A stretch of DNA of 64,000 bases from Minisyncoccota bacterium (GTDB taxonomy: Bacteria > Patescibacteriota > Minisyncoccia > SW-4-49-11). Shown piece after piece: positions 19,856-31,994 of the stretch. The stretch is taken from contig JAULZW010000012.1 of assembly GCA_032117235.1 (NCBI GenBank), forward strand, positions 3,230 to 67,229, read 5' to 3'. The position numbers and the translations under genes were made by a program. Every line of letters begins with the position of its first letter. Position 1 is the first letter of the stretch. The notes beneath the pieces are model-generated. The model did not search any database, was not told where the DNA came from, and worked only from the letters and a program-made list of their open reading frames with translations.

Positions 19856-21649
19856 TCAATGCTTCAATACCTCTAGATAAACTTCTTTTGGAATGTGAAT
19901 ACGGGCAGTATCACGCATTCTCTTTTTACCCTCTTTTTGTTTTTTAAGTAACTTGTCCTTACGAGTTCTATCTCCTCCATATAGTTTAGCTGTGACATCT
20001 TTTCGGAAAGCTGAGAGAGTCTCTCTGGCAACTATAGTGCCTCCTATAGTTGCTTGTAAGGCTACGGTGTACTGCTGTCTAGGTAAGGATTGTTTTAATT
20101 TATGAACAATTCTCTTACCTTCATCATGAGATTCATCTTTATACACTATATGAGACAAAGCTTCTTGAGCCTCTCCTGCCACCATTATGTCTAATTTAAC
20201 TAAATTAGCCTCTTGTGGGGGTAATGGATAATAGTTTACAGAAGCATAGCCTGAAGTGATGCTTTTGAGTATATCATAAAAATCAACTATAACCTTAGCT
20301 AGTGGAATTTTATATTCTACTATAGCTCTATCTTCTCCAATATATTTAGTATTAATAAATTGTCCTCGTCTTTTTTGTAACAAATCCATGACTGAACCTA
20401 TATAATCTTTAGGTGTCATTATTTCTAGCCTCACATAAGGTTCTAAAATCCTAGCTAATTTTGTATTGTCTGGAAAGTCTGAGGCAGAATAAATTGTATA
20501 CGTATCTCCATTAGTTTGCTCTACTATATAGGCTACTGAAGGGGTGCTAATTATTAAATCCAAATCATATTCTCGTCTCAATCTCTCAGTAATAATATCT
20601 AAATGTAACATACCCAAAAATCCACATCGAAAACCTTTACCTAGAGCTTCTTTGGATTCAGGTTCGAATACAAGAGAAGAGTCCGATAATTGCAATTTAT
20701 TCAGAGCATCCCGCAATATGGGATATTCTTCCGTACTTTCCACAAAAATACTGGCATAGACTACTGGTACTGGTTCCATATACTCTGCTAATGGAGGTAA
20801 GTCTTGCCCAACAGGATTTTTAATAATGGTATCTCCTACTCTAACATTCTCTACATTTTTAAGACCTGTAGCTATATAACCTATCATACCAGCAGAGAGA
20901 GTATCTAGTTTTGTCATTTTGGGCGTAAAAACTCCTAATTCTAATACCTGAGCTTCCTGTTTTTTAGCTAACATTTTGATATTATCGGCAGTTGAAATAT
21001 GTCCATCTACAACTCTAATATGAGCAATTACTCCTTTATAAGAATCAAAAGCAGAGTCAAATATCAAAGCTCTAAAATCATCCGGGTTAACAGAATTAGT
21101 TTTCGGGGCTGGAATTTCTGTTATAACTCTATCTAATAATTCAAGTACTCCCTGTCCTGTTTTACCTGATATTTCTAAAATCTCAGATTCCTCTACTCCT
21201 AATAATTCACATATTTCCTGTTTTACTTCAGCCACTCTAGCATGTGGTAAATCTACTTTATTCACTACAGGAATAATCACCAAATCTTGATCTATAGCCA
21301 AATAAACATTAGCAATAGTTTGTGCCTGTATACCTTGAGTGGCATCAACTAATAAAATTGCCCCCTCAACCGCCGCCAGACTGCGAGAAACTTCATAAGA
21401 AAAATCGACATGTCCTGGAGTATCAATTAAATTAAACATATATTCTTGATTTTGGTATATATATTTTACTCTAACTGGTTGCATTTTAATCGTAATCCCA
21501 CGCTCTTGCTCTAATTCCATAGAGTCCAAAAGTTGCTCTTTCATATTTCTCTTCTCAACAGTTTGAGTCAATTCTAAAATACGATCAGACAAGGTTGATT
21601 TACCATGATCAATATGAGCGATAATACTAAAATTTCTAATATATTGCAT
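19856..21649 (-). CDS. lepA: Elongation factor 4
   Basis: IRNFSIIAHIDHGKSTL, GFRCGFLGMLH, YGGDRTRKDKLL. Ends in TGA, consistent with code 11. Confidence 0.98.
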   Translation of the reverse strand: MQYIRNFSIIAHIDHGKSTLSDRILELTQTVEKRNMKEQLLDSMELEQERGITIKMQPVRVKYIYQNQEYMFNLIDTPGHVDFSYEVSRSLAAVEGAILLVDATQGIQAQTIANVYLAIDQDLVIIPVVNKVDLPHARVAEVKQEICELLGVEESEILEISGKTGQGVLELLDRVITEIPAPKTNSVNPDDFRALIFDSAFDSYKGVIAHIRVVDGHISTADNIKMLAKKQEAQVLELGVFTPKMTKLDTLSAGMIGYIATGLKNVENVRVGDTIIKNPVGQDLPPLAEYMEPVPVVYASIFVESTEEYPILRDALNKLQLSDSSLVFEPESKEALGKGFRCGFLGMLHLDIITERLRREYDLDLIISTPSVAYIVEQTNGDTYTIYSASDFPDNTKLARILEPYVRLEIMTPKDYIGSVMDLLQKRRGQFINTKYIGEDRAIVEYKIPLAKVIVDFYDILKSITSGYASVNYYPLPPQEANLVKLDIMVAGEAQEALSHIVYKDESHDEGKRIVHKLKQSLPRQQYTVALQATIGGTIVARETLSAFRKDVTAKLYGGDRTRKDKLLKKQKEGKKRMRDTARIHIPKEVYLEVLKH

Positions 21650-21710
21650 ATGACATATATTATAGCTAAAATTTGGATATTTTACAAATTAAAGAAATAA
21701 TCGAGCTCCA

Positions 21711-21920
21711 TCAAGGAGTTCGGTTATGAGTTGTTGATTCTAACTTAGATGAATATTCTTCTAGAAAAAATATCCCCACTGCGAAATAACAAATACTAAA
21801 GCAAACTAAGCACACCCGAGCTAATATATTTCCTTTTAGAAAAAAACAAACAAGAACAATAGTTGTAATATGGAAAATTATGCAAAGTAATAAGATAGCT
21901 AAAGTTAGTGTTTTAGACAT
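21711..21920 (-). CDS. Small two-TM hypothetical protein
   Basis: 69-aa ORF filling the murJ-lepA gap. Confidence 0.4.
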   Translation of the reverse strand: MSKTLTLAILLLCIIFHITTIVLVCFFLKGNILARVCLVCFSICYFAVGIFFLEEYSSKLESTTHNRTP

Positions 21921-21977
21921 AAGAAGATAAAGAGCAACATCTAAAATAGATTACCCTAAACCACCTATCCTGTCAGA

Positions 21978-23546
21978 TTATAACTTAGACTGATTTTTAT
22001 TCGATAAGACTTTAGTTAAGCCCAATTTCCAAATAATAAAAATATAAATAGCAAGGGCTGGAAAGGATGCTCCTAATACTTGAATTATAAGTGATAGAAA
22101 AGTTTCTGTTCCCAAATATGATCCTATAAAATGTTTTAGAATATAAGATATTCCCAGCATTCCAAATGACCACATCGATACTTGTAATCCATATATAATT
22201 GTTCTAATAACACTACCATGATTGATGGCTCTAAATATAATAAATATATATATAAGACAAGTGATGACCATAGTTATAGAAAAGGCTGCTGCTACCCCCA
22301 ATACTCCCCAGTAATGGCTCAAAAATATAGCTAATACTATATTAATTATCATACTAATAATTCCCACTATCATTGGAGTTTTAGTATCGTGCCTTGCAAA
22401 TAAAGCTCTACTCAGTAACGGTATTAAACCTTGAAAAGGTATAGAAAGGGCTAAAATAGTAAAAGTGTTAAAAGTAATTCTAGTTGCCTCCCAATTGAAT
22501 CCCCCACCACCATACACTATTCTTACAATTTGAGACCTGAAGTTTAGCATTAACATCATTACAGGTATAAGTAATAATAAATTCTTAGCTATGCCATTAA
22601 TCACATAATTTCTAAAAACCTCTTCATCTTCTTTAGCATAAGCTTCAGTCAAAAATGGGAATATAGCAGTGGCAAAGGATATAGCAATTACTCCTATTGG
22701 CAAAGCATTAAGATTAAAGGCTAAAGTAAAATAGGTTACCGCGTCTGGTTTAGTTGAGGCAATAATAGTCCCAATGAATAGACTTAACATTGCAGTATCT
22801 ATTACTAATAATCTTGGCCAATACAAATCCCATAGTCTTTTTAGATTTTTAAGATATAATTTGGTATCTACTTTTAGACTAATATTTAGTTTTAAAATAC
22901 TAGGAATCTGTATAAGAAGATGAAAGACAGCTCCCAAAACTACTCCATAACCTAATCCAGCTACTCCCCAAATTGGATACAACCAAATGATTCCAATTAT
23001 AATTCCAATATTATAGACAATTGGGGCAAGAGCTACTATTATAAATTTTTTATGCGCATTAAGAACACTAGATAAAACACTAGATACGCTGAATATAAAA
23101 GGTGATATTGCCATAATACGAGTAAGAGTGACTGTATCTGTAAATTTCTGTCCTTCATAGGAAATAGCTACTAATTTAACTAAATAGGGTGCAAAAACAA
23201 TCATTATTATAGATATTATACCCATCACAGCTCCTACAATTAGCAAAACATCATCTACTAAACTCTGAGCTTCTTGCTGTTTATCTTTACGATGAATTAA
23301 TCTACTAAATAGCGGTATAAAAGCACTAGATAATGTACCTAAAATCAAAATATTATATAGAAAATCTGGTATTCTAAAGGCTGAAAAATAAGCATCTAGA
23401 ATTGATGTGTCAAAATTACTGGTTAATAATCTATCTCTAAATAATCCCAATAAACGAGAAAATATACTTAAGATAACCAAATATCCTGTAATATGTATAA
23501 TAGCTGACTTAGGCAAAAATTGCTTTAATTTTTTTACTGAAAACAT
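21978..23546 (-). CDS. murJ: Lipid II flippase MurJ
   Basis: SRLLGLFRD, AFRIPD, GTLSSAFIP, DTKTP. ATG 23546 preferred, since the upstream TTG start lies in the 16S terminator. Confidence 0.93.
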   Translation of the reverse strand: MFSVKKLKQFLPKSAIIHITGYLVILSIFSRLLGLFRDRLLTSNFDTSILDAYFSAFRIPDFLYNILILGTLSSAFIPLFSRLIHRKDKQQEAQSLVDDVLLIVGAVMGIISIIMIVFAPYLVKLVAISYEGQKFTDTVTLTRIMAISPFIFSVSSVLSSVLNAHKKFIIVALAPIVYNIGIIIGIIWLYPIWGVAGLGYGVVLGAVFHLLIQIPSILKLNISLKVDTKLYLKNLKRLWDLYWPRLLVIDTAMLSLFIGTIIASTKPDAVTYFTLAFNLNALPIGVIAISFATAIFPFLTEAYAKEDEEVFRNYVINGIAKNLLLLIPVMMLMLNFRSQIVRIVYGGGGFNWEATRITFNTFTILALSIPFQGLIPLLSRALFARHDTKTPMIVGIISMIINIVLAIFLSHYWGVLGVAAAFSITMVITCLIYIFIIFRAINHGSVIRTIIYGLQVSMWSFGMLGISYILKHFIGSYLGTETFLSLIIQVLGASFPALAIYIFIIWKLGLTKVLSNKNQSKL

Positions 23547-23577
23547 AATAAAATTATTATACACTATTTTAGTATAA

Positions 23578-23618
23578 AATAAAACAGATTTCTCAATATT
23601 AGAGAAATCTGTTTTATT
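23578..23618 (-). terminator. Long hairpin, probable terminator of the stand-alone 16S transcript
   Basis: Perfect 17-bp inverted repeat aataaaacagatttctc / gagaaatctgttttatt with a 7-nt loop, downstream of the 16S. Confidence 0.7.
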
Positions 23619-23776
23619 CAATCAATCAATAACTAGATCAGATATTAGTAAATAGCTTTTAGCAACAATCTGACGCACCTTGTCTCAAAAGACAAGGATT
23701 TTTTGGTGTAAAAGTTATCAAGATATAAATCTTGACCGACCATTCCTTGTTGAATTACTTCAACAGGCATATCCTT

Positions 23777-25280
<1,504 letters not shown>

Positions 25281-25410
25281 ACGTCAGATTGTTCCTAAAA
25301 AACATCTACTCTTTAAATATTCAGGATATAGTTATTGAACCTTACAATTTTTAGTTGTAAGTTGATTGAATTATAAATGAACTGTCTTATGTATTTAAGA
25401 CGGTATGTAT

Positions 25411-25439
25411 ATAATAATTTAAATATAGACTTTTGTCAA
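25411..25439 (-). promoter_or_regulatory. Sigma70 promoter of the 16S gene
   Basis: TTGACA-17 nt-TATTAT on the minus strand about 130 nt upstream of the 16S. Confidence 0.8.
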
Positions 25440-25461
25440 GAGATTTAGAGACACTTTTTAT

Positions 25462-27066
25462 TTATTTTTGATTCAATCTAGGAAATATCTGTAATTCCTC
25501 ACCATTTAAGAGTTTTTGCATCAATATTGAGGTGCTTGGCATAATAGGACTTATAACTTCTGTAATCAAAGCTAAATCTTGTAGCCACTTTTTAATATTT
25601 TGTTCTAATTCTAATTTTTGACCTGATTTATATAATTCCCAAGGTTTAGTTATCTCAATTTCTCTTCCAACATTAGTTATCATTAAAAAAATAATTTTTA
25701 TTGCACCATAAATATCATTTTGTTCCATACTATTTTTATAAAAACCATATAATGATTCGCTACTTATTGATTTTGAAGATAATAAACTATCTATCTCAAT
25801 ATCAAATTTACTAGTGTCATTCAAACCTAAGTTTATAAGAGATTGTATTTTTTCTGTATCGTCAATAAAGTCTGGTAATTCAAAGAAAAGTTTTATATCA
25901 TATTTCTTAGCCATACCAACTACTCTGCTAAAGGTATTCCCAAATTTATTAACTAATTCTGAGTCATAAACAGACATAATTTTCTCTTTGGTAATATCTC
26001 CGTCATTGCCAATTTTCATTTCTCTTAAGATTACATATCTTAGAATATCATCACCAAGATTATTTGTGATTTGATTAAATTCCTCAATTATATCTTTAGG
26101 AACTATCACATTCCCAATGCTTTTACTCATTTTTCTACCTCCTGATAATAAAAACCCTGTAATTAACATTGTCTTTGGTAATTTATCCTCAGGTACTCCA
26201 ATAGCTAATAAAAAGGCTGGCCAAAATATAGTATGAAATTTCATTATATCCTTACCTAAAACCTGTAAGTCTGGAGCCCAAATATCTTGGATTTTCTCAA
26301 GAATTTCATCTATGGATAAATTACTAATATCAATATTCTTACTAGCTATAATTCCAGACATATAATTAAACAAAGCATCAATCCACACATATAAAGTTTG
26401 TGTGGTATCAAATGGAATAGGTATCCCCCAACTTACCTTTTCTCTCGTGACAGAAAAATCTACTACATCTGGATTTTTAAGCAATTCTAGAGCCTCATTT
26501 TTTCGTGATTCTGGAATAATTTGAATAGTATTATTCTCTATTAACTCACGAACTCTATTTTTATACTTAGTAAGCCGAAAAAAGTAATTTTTCTCTAAGA
26601 TTATCTGAGGTTTTTCATCATGATAGGGACACAAGCCCCCTTCTCTTAATTCAGATTGAGTGACAAAAGATTCATCTCCCACACAGTACAAAGCTTCATA
26701 AGAATGGGGATAAACTGCATCATTCTCCAATAATTTGGTAATTACAAACTGACACAGAGCCTTATGTACTGGATTGGTAGTACGAATAAAATAATCATAG
26801 CTAAGCCCTAATTTATCCCAAGAATCCTGCCAAATTTTTGACATTTTGTCAGTATATTCTTGAGGAGATAAATTATTTTTCTGAGCAGCATCAGCTACTT
26901 TTTGTCCATGCTCATCTGTGCCAGTTAGAAAGAATGCACCCGAAGAAAATTGCCGATGATAGCGAGCTAAGACATCAGCAATAGTAGTGGCATAATAATG
27001 GCCAAGATGAGGTTCTCCATTTAAGTAATAGATTGGAGTAGTGACAAAAAATTCTTTCTCTTTCAT
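25462..27066 (-). CDS. metG: Methionine--tRNA ligase (short form)
   Basis: TTPIYY, HLGH, TGTDEHG, YVWIDAL, KMSKS. Confidence 0.96.
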   Translation of the reverse strand: MKEKEFFVTTPIYYLNGEPHLGHYYATTIADVLARYHRQFSSGAFFLTGTDEHGQKVADAAQKNNLSPQEYTDKMSKIWQDSWDKLGLSYDYFIRTTNPVHKALCQFVITKLLENDAVYPHSYEALYCVGDESFVTQSELREGGLCPYHDEKPQIILEKNYFFRLTKYKNRVRELIENNTIQIIPESRKNEALELLKNPDVVDFSVTREKVSWGIPIPFDTTQTLYVWIDALFNYMSGIIASKNIDISNLSIDEILEKIQDIWAPDLQVLGKDIMKFHTIFWPAFLLAIGVPEDKLPKTMLITGFLLSGGRKMSKSIGNVIVPKDIIEEFNQITNNLGDDILRYVILREMKIGNDGDITKEKIMSVYDSELVNKFGNTFSRVVGMAKKYDIKLFFELPDFIDDTEKIQSLINLGLNDTSKFDIEIDSLLSSKSISSESLYGFYKNSMEQNDIYGAIKIIFLMITNVGREIEITKPWELYKSGQKLELEQNIKKWLQDLALITEVISPIMPSTSILMQKLLNGEELQIFPRLNQK

Positions 27067-27120
27067 ATATCTATTACTATATCAGATTAATACTTTTGCT
27101 TCAAGTAACCAAGTGTTAAT

Positions 27121-27576
27121 CTACTTGATCTCCAAAATTGTATATCTCTGAACACCAGCTGGGGTTTCTACCTCAACCTCTTCACCAACACTACGGTGTA
27201 TGAAAGCTTGTCCAAGAGGAGATTCATCGGAGATTTTTCTCTCAGCTGGATTAGCTTCTGATGCTCCTACGATTAAAAATTCTCTCTCCCCAGTCCCATT
27301 CCTAACTTTAACCTGAGACCCTAAGGACACAAATTGAGAATTAGTTGGAGATTGAACAACTTCAGCATTGCGAATCAAATCTTCTAGTTCTAGGATTTTA
27401 GATTCATTGAAGGCCATATCATTTTTAGCCTCATGATATTCTCCATTCTCCTTTAAATCTCCTTGTTCTTTAGCGGCTTTGATTTTCTCGATTATTTCTT
27501 TGCGCCTTAAAACCAGAGCTTCAAGTTCTATTTGTGCTTTCTCAAGACCAGATTGTGTCATATGATATTTCTTCAT
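27121..27576 (-). CDS. greA: Transcription elongation factor GreA
   Basis: GDLKENGEYHEAK, ISDESPLGQA. Confidence 0.95.
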   Translation of the reverse strand: MKKYHMTQSGLEKAQIELEALVLRRKEIIEKIKAAKEQGDLKENGEYHEAKNDMAFNESKILELEDLIRNAEVVQSPTNSQFVSLGSQVKVRNGTGEREFLIVGASEANPAERKISDESPLGQAFIHRSVGEEVEVETPAGVQRYTILEIK

Positions 27577-27692
27577 ACTTAGATATAATTAGTTTAATAA
27601 AATAAAGCAAATACTTATATTTTATATTGAGCTTAATTTTGATTGATGTGATTTGATATTCACTTTTACTGTTAATGGAGTATACTATATAT

Positions 27693-29630
27693 ATGTATAT
27701 TTTGCAAGTAGTACCTCTTATCAAACTTCCAGGCCAAATGAGCCATACTTTAACATATTATTCATCCGAGAGAATACTCCCGGGTAGCCTTGTCCTAGTG
27801 GAAGTTCGTACAATATATATTACATCAATTGTTTACTTTTGTCAAGAGCTGACAAAAGATAGACAAAATATCCGTAAATTTGCTAGTTTTAGCCCTAAAC
27901 CGATAGAAAAAACTTTTTCCAATACTCCTCTTTTAACTAATAATCAATTAAAATTAGCTGAGTGGATTAGCAATTATTATGCTCATCCTTTAGGTAATAT
28001 CATTAAATGGTTTCTACCTAGATTATCAAATAAAATTAAAAGATATCCCAAAATACTAGAATCTCCTTCTGATAACTTAAAACTTGGTAAAAAATACATA
28101 CCTAAATTAATCATTTATCCCACCTCCAAAAGACTTAAGCATTACCATCAAATTATCCTTCAAAACCAAGGACAGATTTTAATTTTAACTCCAGACAATA
28201 TTAGTCTTGAAATGCTAACTAAAGAATTACAAAACTATCAACCTACAATTATTAATTCTCAACTAAAAACTAGTGAGTTTAGAAAAGTATGGATGCAAAT
28301 AAAATCGGGAGAAGCCAAGCTAATTCTAGGGACAAGGAGTAGTTTATTTCTACCATTTCAAAATTTAGAACATATTATTATAGAAGATGAATCTTCTGAA
28401 GCTTATTATTCTTTTGAAACTAAACCACATTATCAGACTACTAAGATTGCAATTAAACTAGCTAAGTTACACAAATCTAATTTAACTTTAGCCTCTAATA
28501 TACCGAGTATAAATTCCATAAAGATTTTAGAAAAAAATCACTTAACTTTACCAGCTGAATTTTATCCTGCCAATAATAATTTGAAAACTGAATTAATAGA
28601 AATGCCCGTAGAATTTTATAAAGGCAACAAAGAATTACTATCTATTCCAGCACAAAAAGCAATCACTGAGTCACTTAAAAAAAATCAATCTGTTATTATA
28701 TATATTAATCGTCGTGGGGAATCACTATATATGTCTTGCCGTGACTGCGGATATCATTTAAGAGACCCTAAATCTGGTACCTTATTAACAGTCCATAGAG
28801 TAGATACTTTATCCAAAAAAATTCCCAACTATAATAAGAGTCAAATCCTGATGTCACATACATCTCGTAAATGGTTCAAGATGATAGATAAATGCCCTCA
28901 ATGCAAATCTCTTAATCTCAAACAAGGTGGTATAGGTATACAAAAAATCCAATCTATGATACAAGAACTATATCCAAAAACTTCAAACTTTATTCTTTCC
29001 AGCGACACTGCGTCTGATGTTAGTACACAGAAAAATATTATAGATAAATTTATACATACCACTCCTGCTATATTACTAAGTACTAGTATGATTCATAAAT
29101 TTTTAGACATTATACCAAAAACAATCACTATTATTCCATCTGCCGAATCTTTAATTAATTTTCCGGACTACAGTATTCAAGAAAAATCAATCCAGACATT
29201 AACTGAACTTATTCAGCATAGTGAAAAAACTTTAATTCAAACCTTCACTAAATGGAATAGGGACGAAGAGCTACCATCTCATATTTATAATATTATCAAT
29301 AGGCCCATATCAGACCTATGGCAACAAGAATATAATAATAGAAAATTATATCAATATCCTCCTCATTGTCAAATTATTGCCATCCATTCCCAAAATAGCA
29401 AAAGAAATTATGCCTTAGATCAAGCCTTAAGAATTAAAAATGCTCTTTATACTATTAATATAAACGCACTAGGTCCATTAGAAAAATATTTAGCTAAAGG
29501 AAAAGGAATCTATAAATTTACTCTAATTATACAAAGCACACCTACTCAAGCAAAAGCCATAAAAGCTAAATTAGTACCCATCTTAGAAAGAGGACAAGAT
29601 ATTGAAATCAATCCGCAGAATTTATTATAG
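27693..29630 (+). CDS. priA: Primosomal protein N' (PriA), degenerate helicase motifs
   Basis: N-terminal LTY/LAEWISNYY, ILGTRSSLFLP, INRRG..CRDC...CPQC, YPP. Confidence 0.8.
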   Translation: MYILQVVPLIKLPGQMSHTLTYYSSERILPGSLVLVEVRTIYITSIVYFCQELTKDRQNIRKFASFSPKPIEKTFSNTPLLTNNQLKLAEWISNYYAHPLGNIIKWFLPRLSNKIKRYPKILESPSDNLKLGKKYIPKLIIYPTSKRLKHYHQIILQNQGQILILTPDNISLEMLTKELQNYQPTIINSQLKTSEFRKVWMQIKSGEAKLILGTRSSLFLPFQNLEHIIIEDESSEAYYSFETKPHYQTTKIAIKLAKLHKSNLTLASNIPSINSIKILEKNHLTLPAEFYPANNNLKTELIEMPVEFYKGNKELLSIPAQKAITESLKKNQSVIIYINRRGESLYMSCRDCGYHLRDPKSGTLLTVHRVDTLSKKIPNYNKSQILMSHTSRKWFKMIDKCPQCKSLNLKQGGIGIQKIQSMIQELYPKTSNFILSSDTASDVSTQKNIIDKFIHTTPAILLSTSMIHKFLDIIPKTITIIPSAESLINFPDYSIQEKSIQTLTELIQHSEKTLIQTFTKWNRDEELPSHIYNIINRPISDLWQQEYNNRKLYQYPPHCQIIAIHSQNSKRNYALDQALRIKNALYTININALGPLEKYLAKGKGIYKFTLIIQSTPTQAKAIKAKLVPILERGQDIEINPQNLL

Positions 29631-31994
29631 AGAGTTTTTATACCTCAACACACCCAGATAACCCCACCAGATCAGGTTCAAAGCTATAGCTATACTAAAG
29701 TATTTATAATCTACAATCATTTGCCATAGATTATTATAAAAACTTGTGTTATTATTTTTAACTTTATCATTTTCTCCAGGAATTTTATATTCATCTAACC
29801 CTCTGTATCCTATAATTGTATTAGCAGTAGTATTAGATGCACTGTTATCAAGTACTGTTTTATTTATTTTTATATTATTTTGAGCTAATTTCTTTATTTC
29901 TGGAATCGCTTTAATTTGATTTACATTCCAAGGAATTACCCTTATTTCTCCATCATAAACTTCTATAAATCCAGTAACTTTCACTATATCCCCTTTTCCC
30001 ATCTTAGGTTTAGTGATTTTATTAGCATATAGTTTAACTGCTGTGTTCTGGTTTTTGTTATTGATTACCAATTTGTTTTTAGTATTGGTATCCAATATTC
30101 CTGTAATATTAACTATTTTACCCCAATCTGAGTTTTCTAATTTTGCAATACTTTGAATTTGTATATCTATTTTATGCTCTGTTATTATCTGTATATTATC
30201 TGGAGAGCTAGTTTTAAGATATTGTTGAGTGTCAGTATTATGCCATTCAGCCTGAACCTTAACTATATCACCCTCTTTAAGCGTCGGAAATCTCTTCTTA
30301 TTATCATAAATTTTGACAACTCTATTGTCTTTGATTATATAAAAACTATTATCCACCAACTCTCCCGCTGAAATTATAACTTGACCTTCTATTTCTATAT
30401 ATTCGCCATCTTCTATAACTGCTAAATTCTCTATATTATCAATTTTGGTATAAGTTTTAGTATTCTCTGAATTAGTATTCTCAGTGAATATATTGGGAGT
30501 ATTAGGAGTTAAGGTTTGTGTCCAACTCCAAGTTTGCAAAACTGGGATATAGGAGAGACCTTTATAGGCTTTGGTATAAGAGGTCGTGGATTGGATTTGA
30601 TTATAATTATCTGTGAGAGTAATTGTCTCACTAGTATTATTGAGTGCTATCTTGGTCTCTGATTGATTATAAACTCTATAACCTTTGGCGGGAATAATTC
30701 CTGAGAGAATATATATTTTAGCTAAATCAGATATTTCCCAACTTGTTAAATCTATATCTTGTTCCGTATTATTATAAAGTTCTATGAATTCCTCTCCTAT
30801 AATAGGATACGGGTAAAGTTCAGAGATAATTATACTGCCAACATTATATTTTGGTAGTTGGGGGATTATTGAAATAACTGGCTTTGGCTCAATCGGAATA
30901 ATTTCTACGGATGGAGATACTGGAGCTATATTAATAGAATTTGGTGAAGGGATTATATTCCAAGCCCAAATATTATCTACATACATATAACTAGATCCTT
31001 TTTGAGATGTTTTCATTGTATAATCTACCTGAGATTGAATTTTACCATCTGGGTCATATAGTATAACTGAATCTTGATCATTATTAAGTCCAATTTTAAG
31101 ACCTATTCCACTCTCTAAGAGCATAAAACCTTTAGCTGGTATAATTCCTGTTAAAGTCTGTATAACAGAGCTTGGTATTGGACTAGTATCAGGAATATCA
31201 TCTAATTTCCAATTTACTAAATCTATATCTTTATCTGTAGTATTATATAATTCTACAAATTCCTTACCCCCTTCGGCTGGGTTTGGGTAAATCTCAGAGA
31301 GAATGACTCCTCCATAATTAATTTTCCCTAGTTCTGGAGTTGGGATAGGACTAGGTGTAGGTGTGGGTGTTGGTGTTGGGGTAGAAGGTATATTAAGTGG
31401 AGAATGTGGCTTGACTTCCCATATCAAATTACTAACTTTATGCAGAGATTGAGTATTAGTAGTGGTAGCAGGCCATTTGTTACGAAAATTTACCGCATCA
31501 ATGGTTATTCCTTTATTATCCCTTAACTCTATATATGCTCCTAAATTATTATTTAGAGATCCAAAATTATTACTAGTTATGTTAATAACATTATCAATAG
31601 GTGGCAGACTACTTTGAGCTGAGGTAATTCTACGAATAACTATATACTCAGTAATAGTACCAGATAAAGTTATAGTTCTATCAGATGTACTACTCGATCC
31701 TGATAAAATCCTCAAAGTCCAGCCATCTAATATAAGTGGTGTACTAGGATTAGGATTCTTTAGTTCAATAAACTCATCATCAGCGTCAGTCTTATTATCA
31801 TCAGGCCATATTGTATGTCCTGAATAATTTATTTCGTTAATTTCAACTAATTGAAAACTCGCAAATGTAAAATGTGGGATAAACAAAAATAGCCCCAAGA
31901 TTAGGGCTAAAAGTTTAGGAGTTTTGGGTGTTGTTATTATTGTCTTGCGATTTTGAATTTGGATCTGTTTTTGTTGGATCATAAGTATATGCAT
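29625..31994 (-). CDS. Secreted/membrane-anchored lamin-tail-domain protein with OB-fold-like domains
   Basis: Three INEI/LSEIYP...EFIELYN...DL..W LTD motifs, TP-rich linker, EGDIVKV and KGDIVKVTG OB-like motifs, C-terminal TM. Start uncertain (80-nt overlap with upstream gene). Confidence 0.8.
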   Translation of the reverse strand: MHILMIQQKQIQIQNRKTIITTPKTPKLLALILGLFLFIPHFTFASFQLVEINEINYSGHTIWPDDNKTDADDEFIELKNPNPSTPLILDGWTLRILSGSSSTSDRTITLSGTITEYIVIRRITSAQSSLPPIDNVINITSNNFGSLNNNLGAYIELRDNKGITIDAVNFRNKWPATTTNTQSLHKVSNLIWEVKPHSPLNIPSTPTPTPTPTPSPIPTPELGKINYGGVILSEIYPNPAEGGKEFVELYNTTDKDIDLVNWKLDDIPDTSPIPSSVIQTLTGIIPAKGFMLLESGIGLKIGLNNDQDSVILYDPDGKIQSQVDYTMKTSQKGSSYMYVDNIWAWNIIPSPNSINIAPVSPSVEIIPIEPKPVISIIPQLPKYNVGSIIISELYPYPIIGEEFIELYNNTEQDIDLTSWEISDLAKIYILSGIIPAKGYRVYNQSETKIALNNTSETITLTDNYNQIQSTTSYTKAYKGLSYIPVLQTWSWTQTLTPNTPNIFTENTNSENTKTYTKIDNIENLAVIEDGEYIEIEGQVIISAGELVDNSFYIIKDNRVVKIYDNKKRFPTLKEGDIVKVQAEWHNTDTQQYLKTSSPDNIQIITEHKIDIQIQSIAKLENSDWGKIVNITGILDTNTKNKLVINNKNQNTAVKLYANKITKPKMGKGDIVKVTGFIEVYDGEIRVIPWNVNQIKAIPEIKKLAQNNIKINKTVLDNSASNTTANTIIGYRGLDEYKIPGENDKVKNNNTSFYNNLWQMIVDYKYFSIAIALNLIWWGYLGVLRYKNSL

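Noticed and set aside
19856-21649. Possible UGA recoding (code 25) as in Gracilibacteria/Absconditabacteria
   Set aside because: Conserved genes are full length under code 11 and lepA ends properly at TGA.
31334-31386. Short 6-bp and 12-bp tandem repeats (also 34926-34952)
   Set aside because: In-frame Thr/Pro and Pro/Ser/Ala linkers, ordinary for surface proteins.
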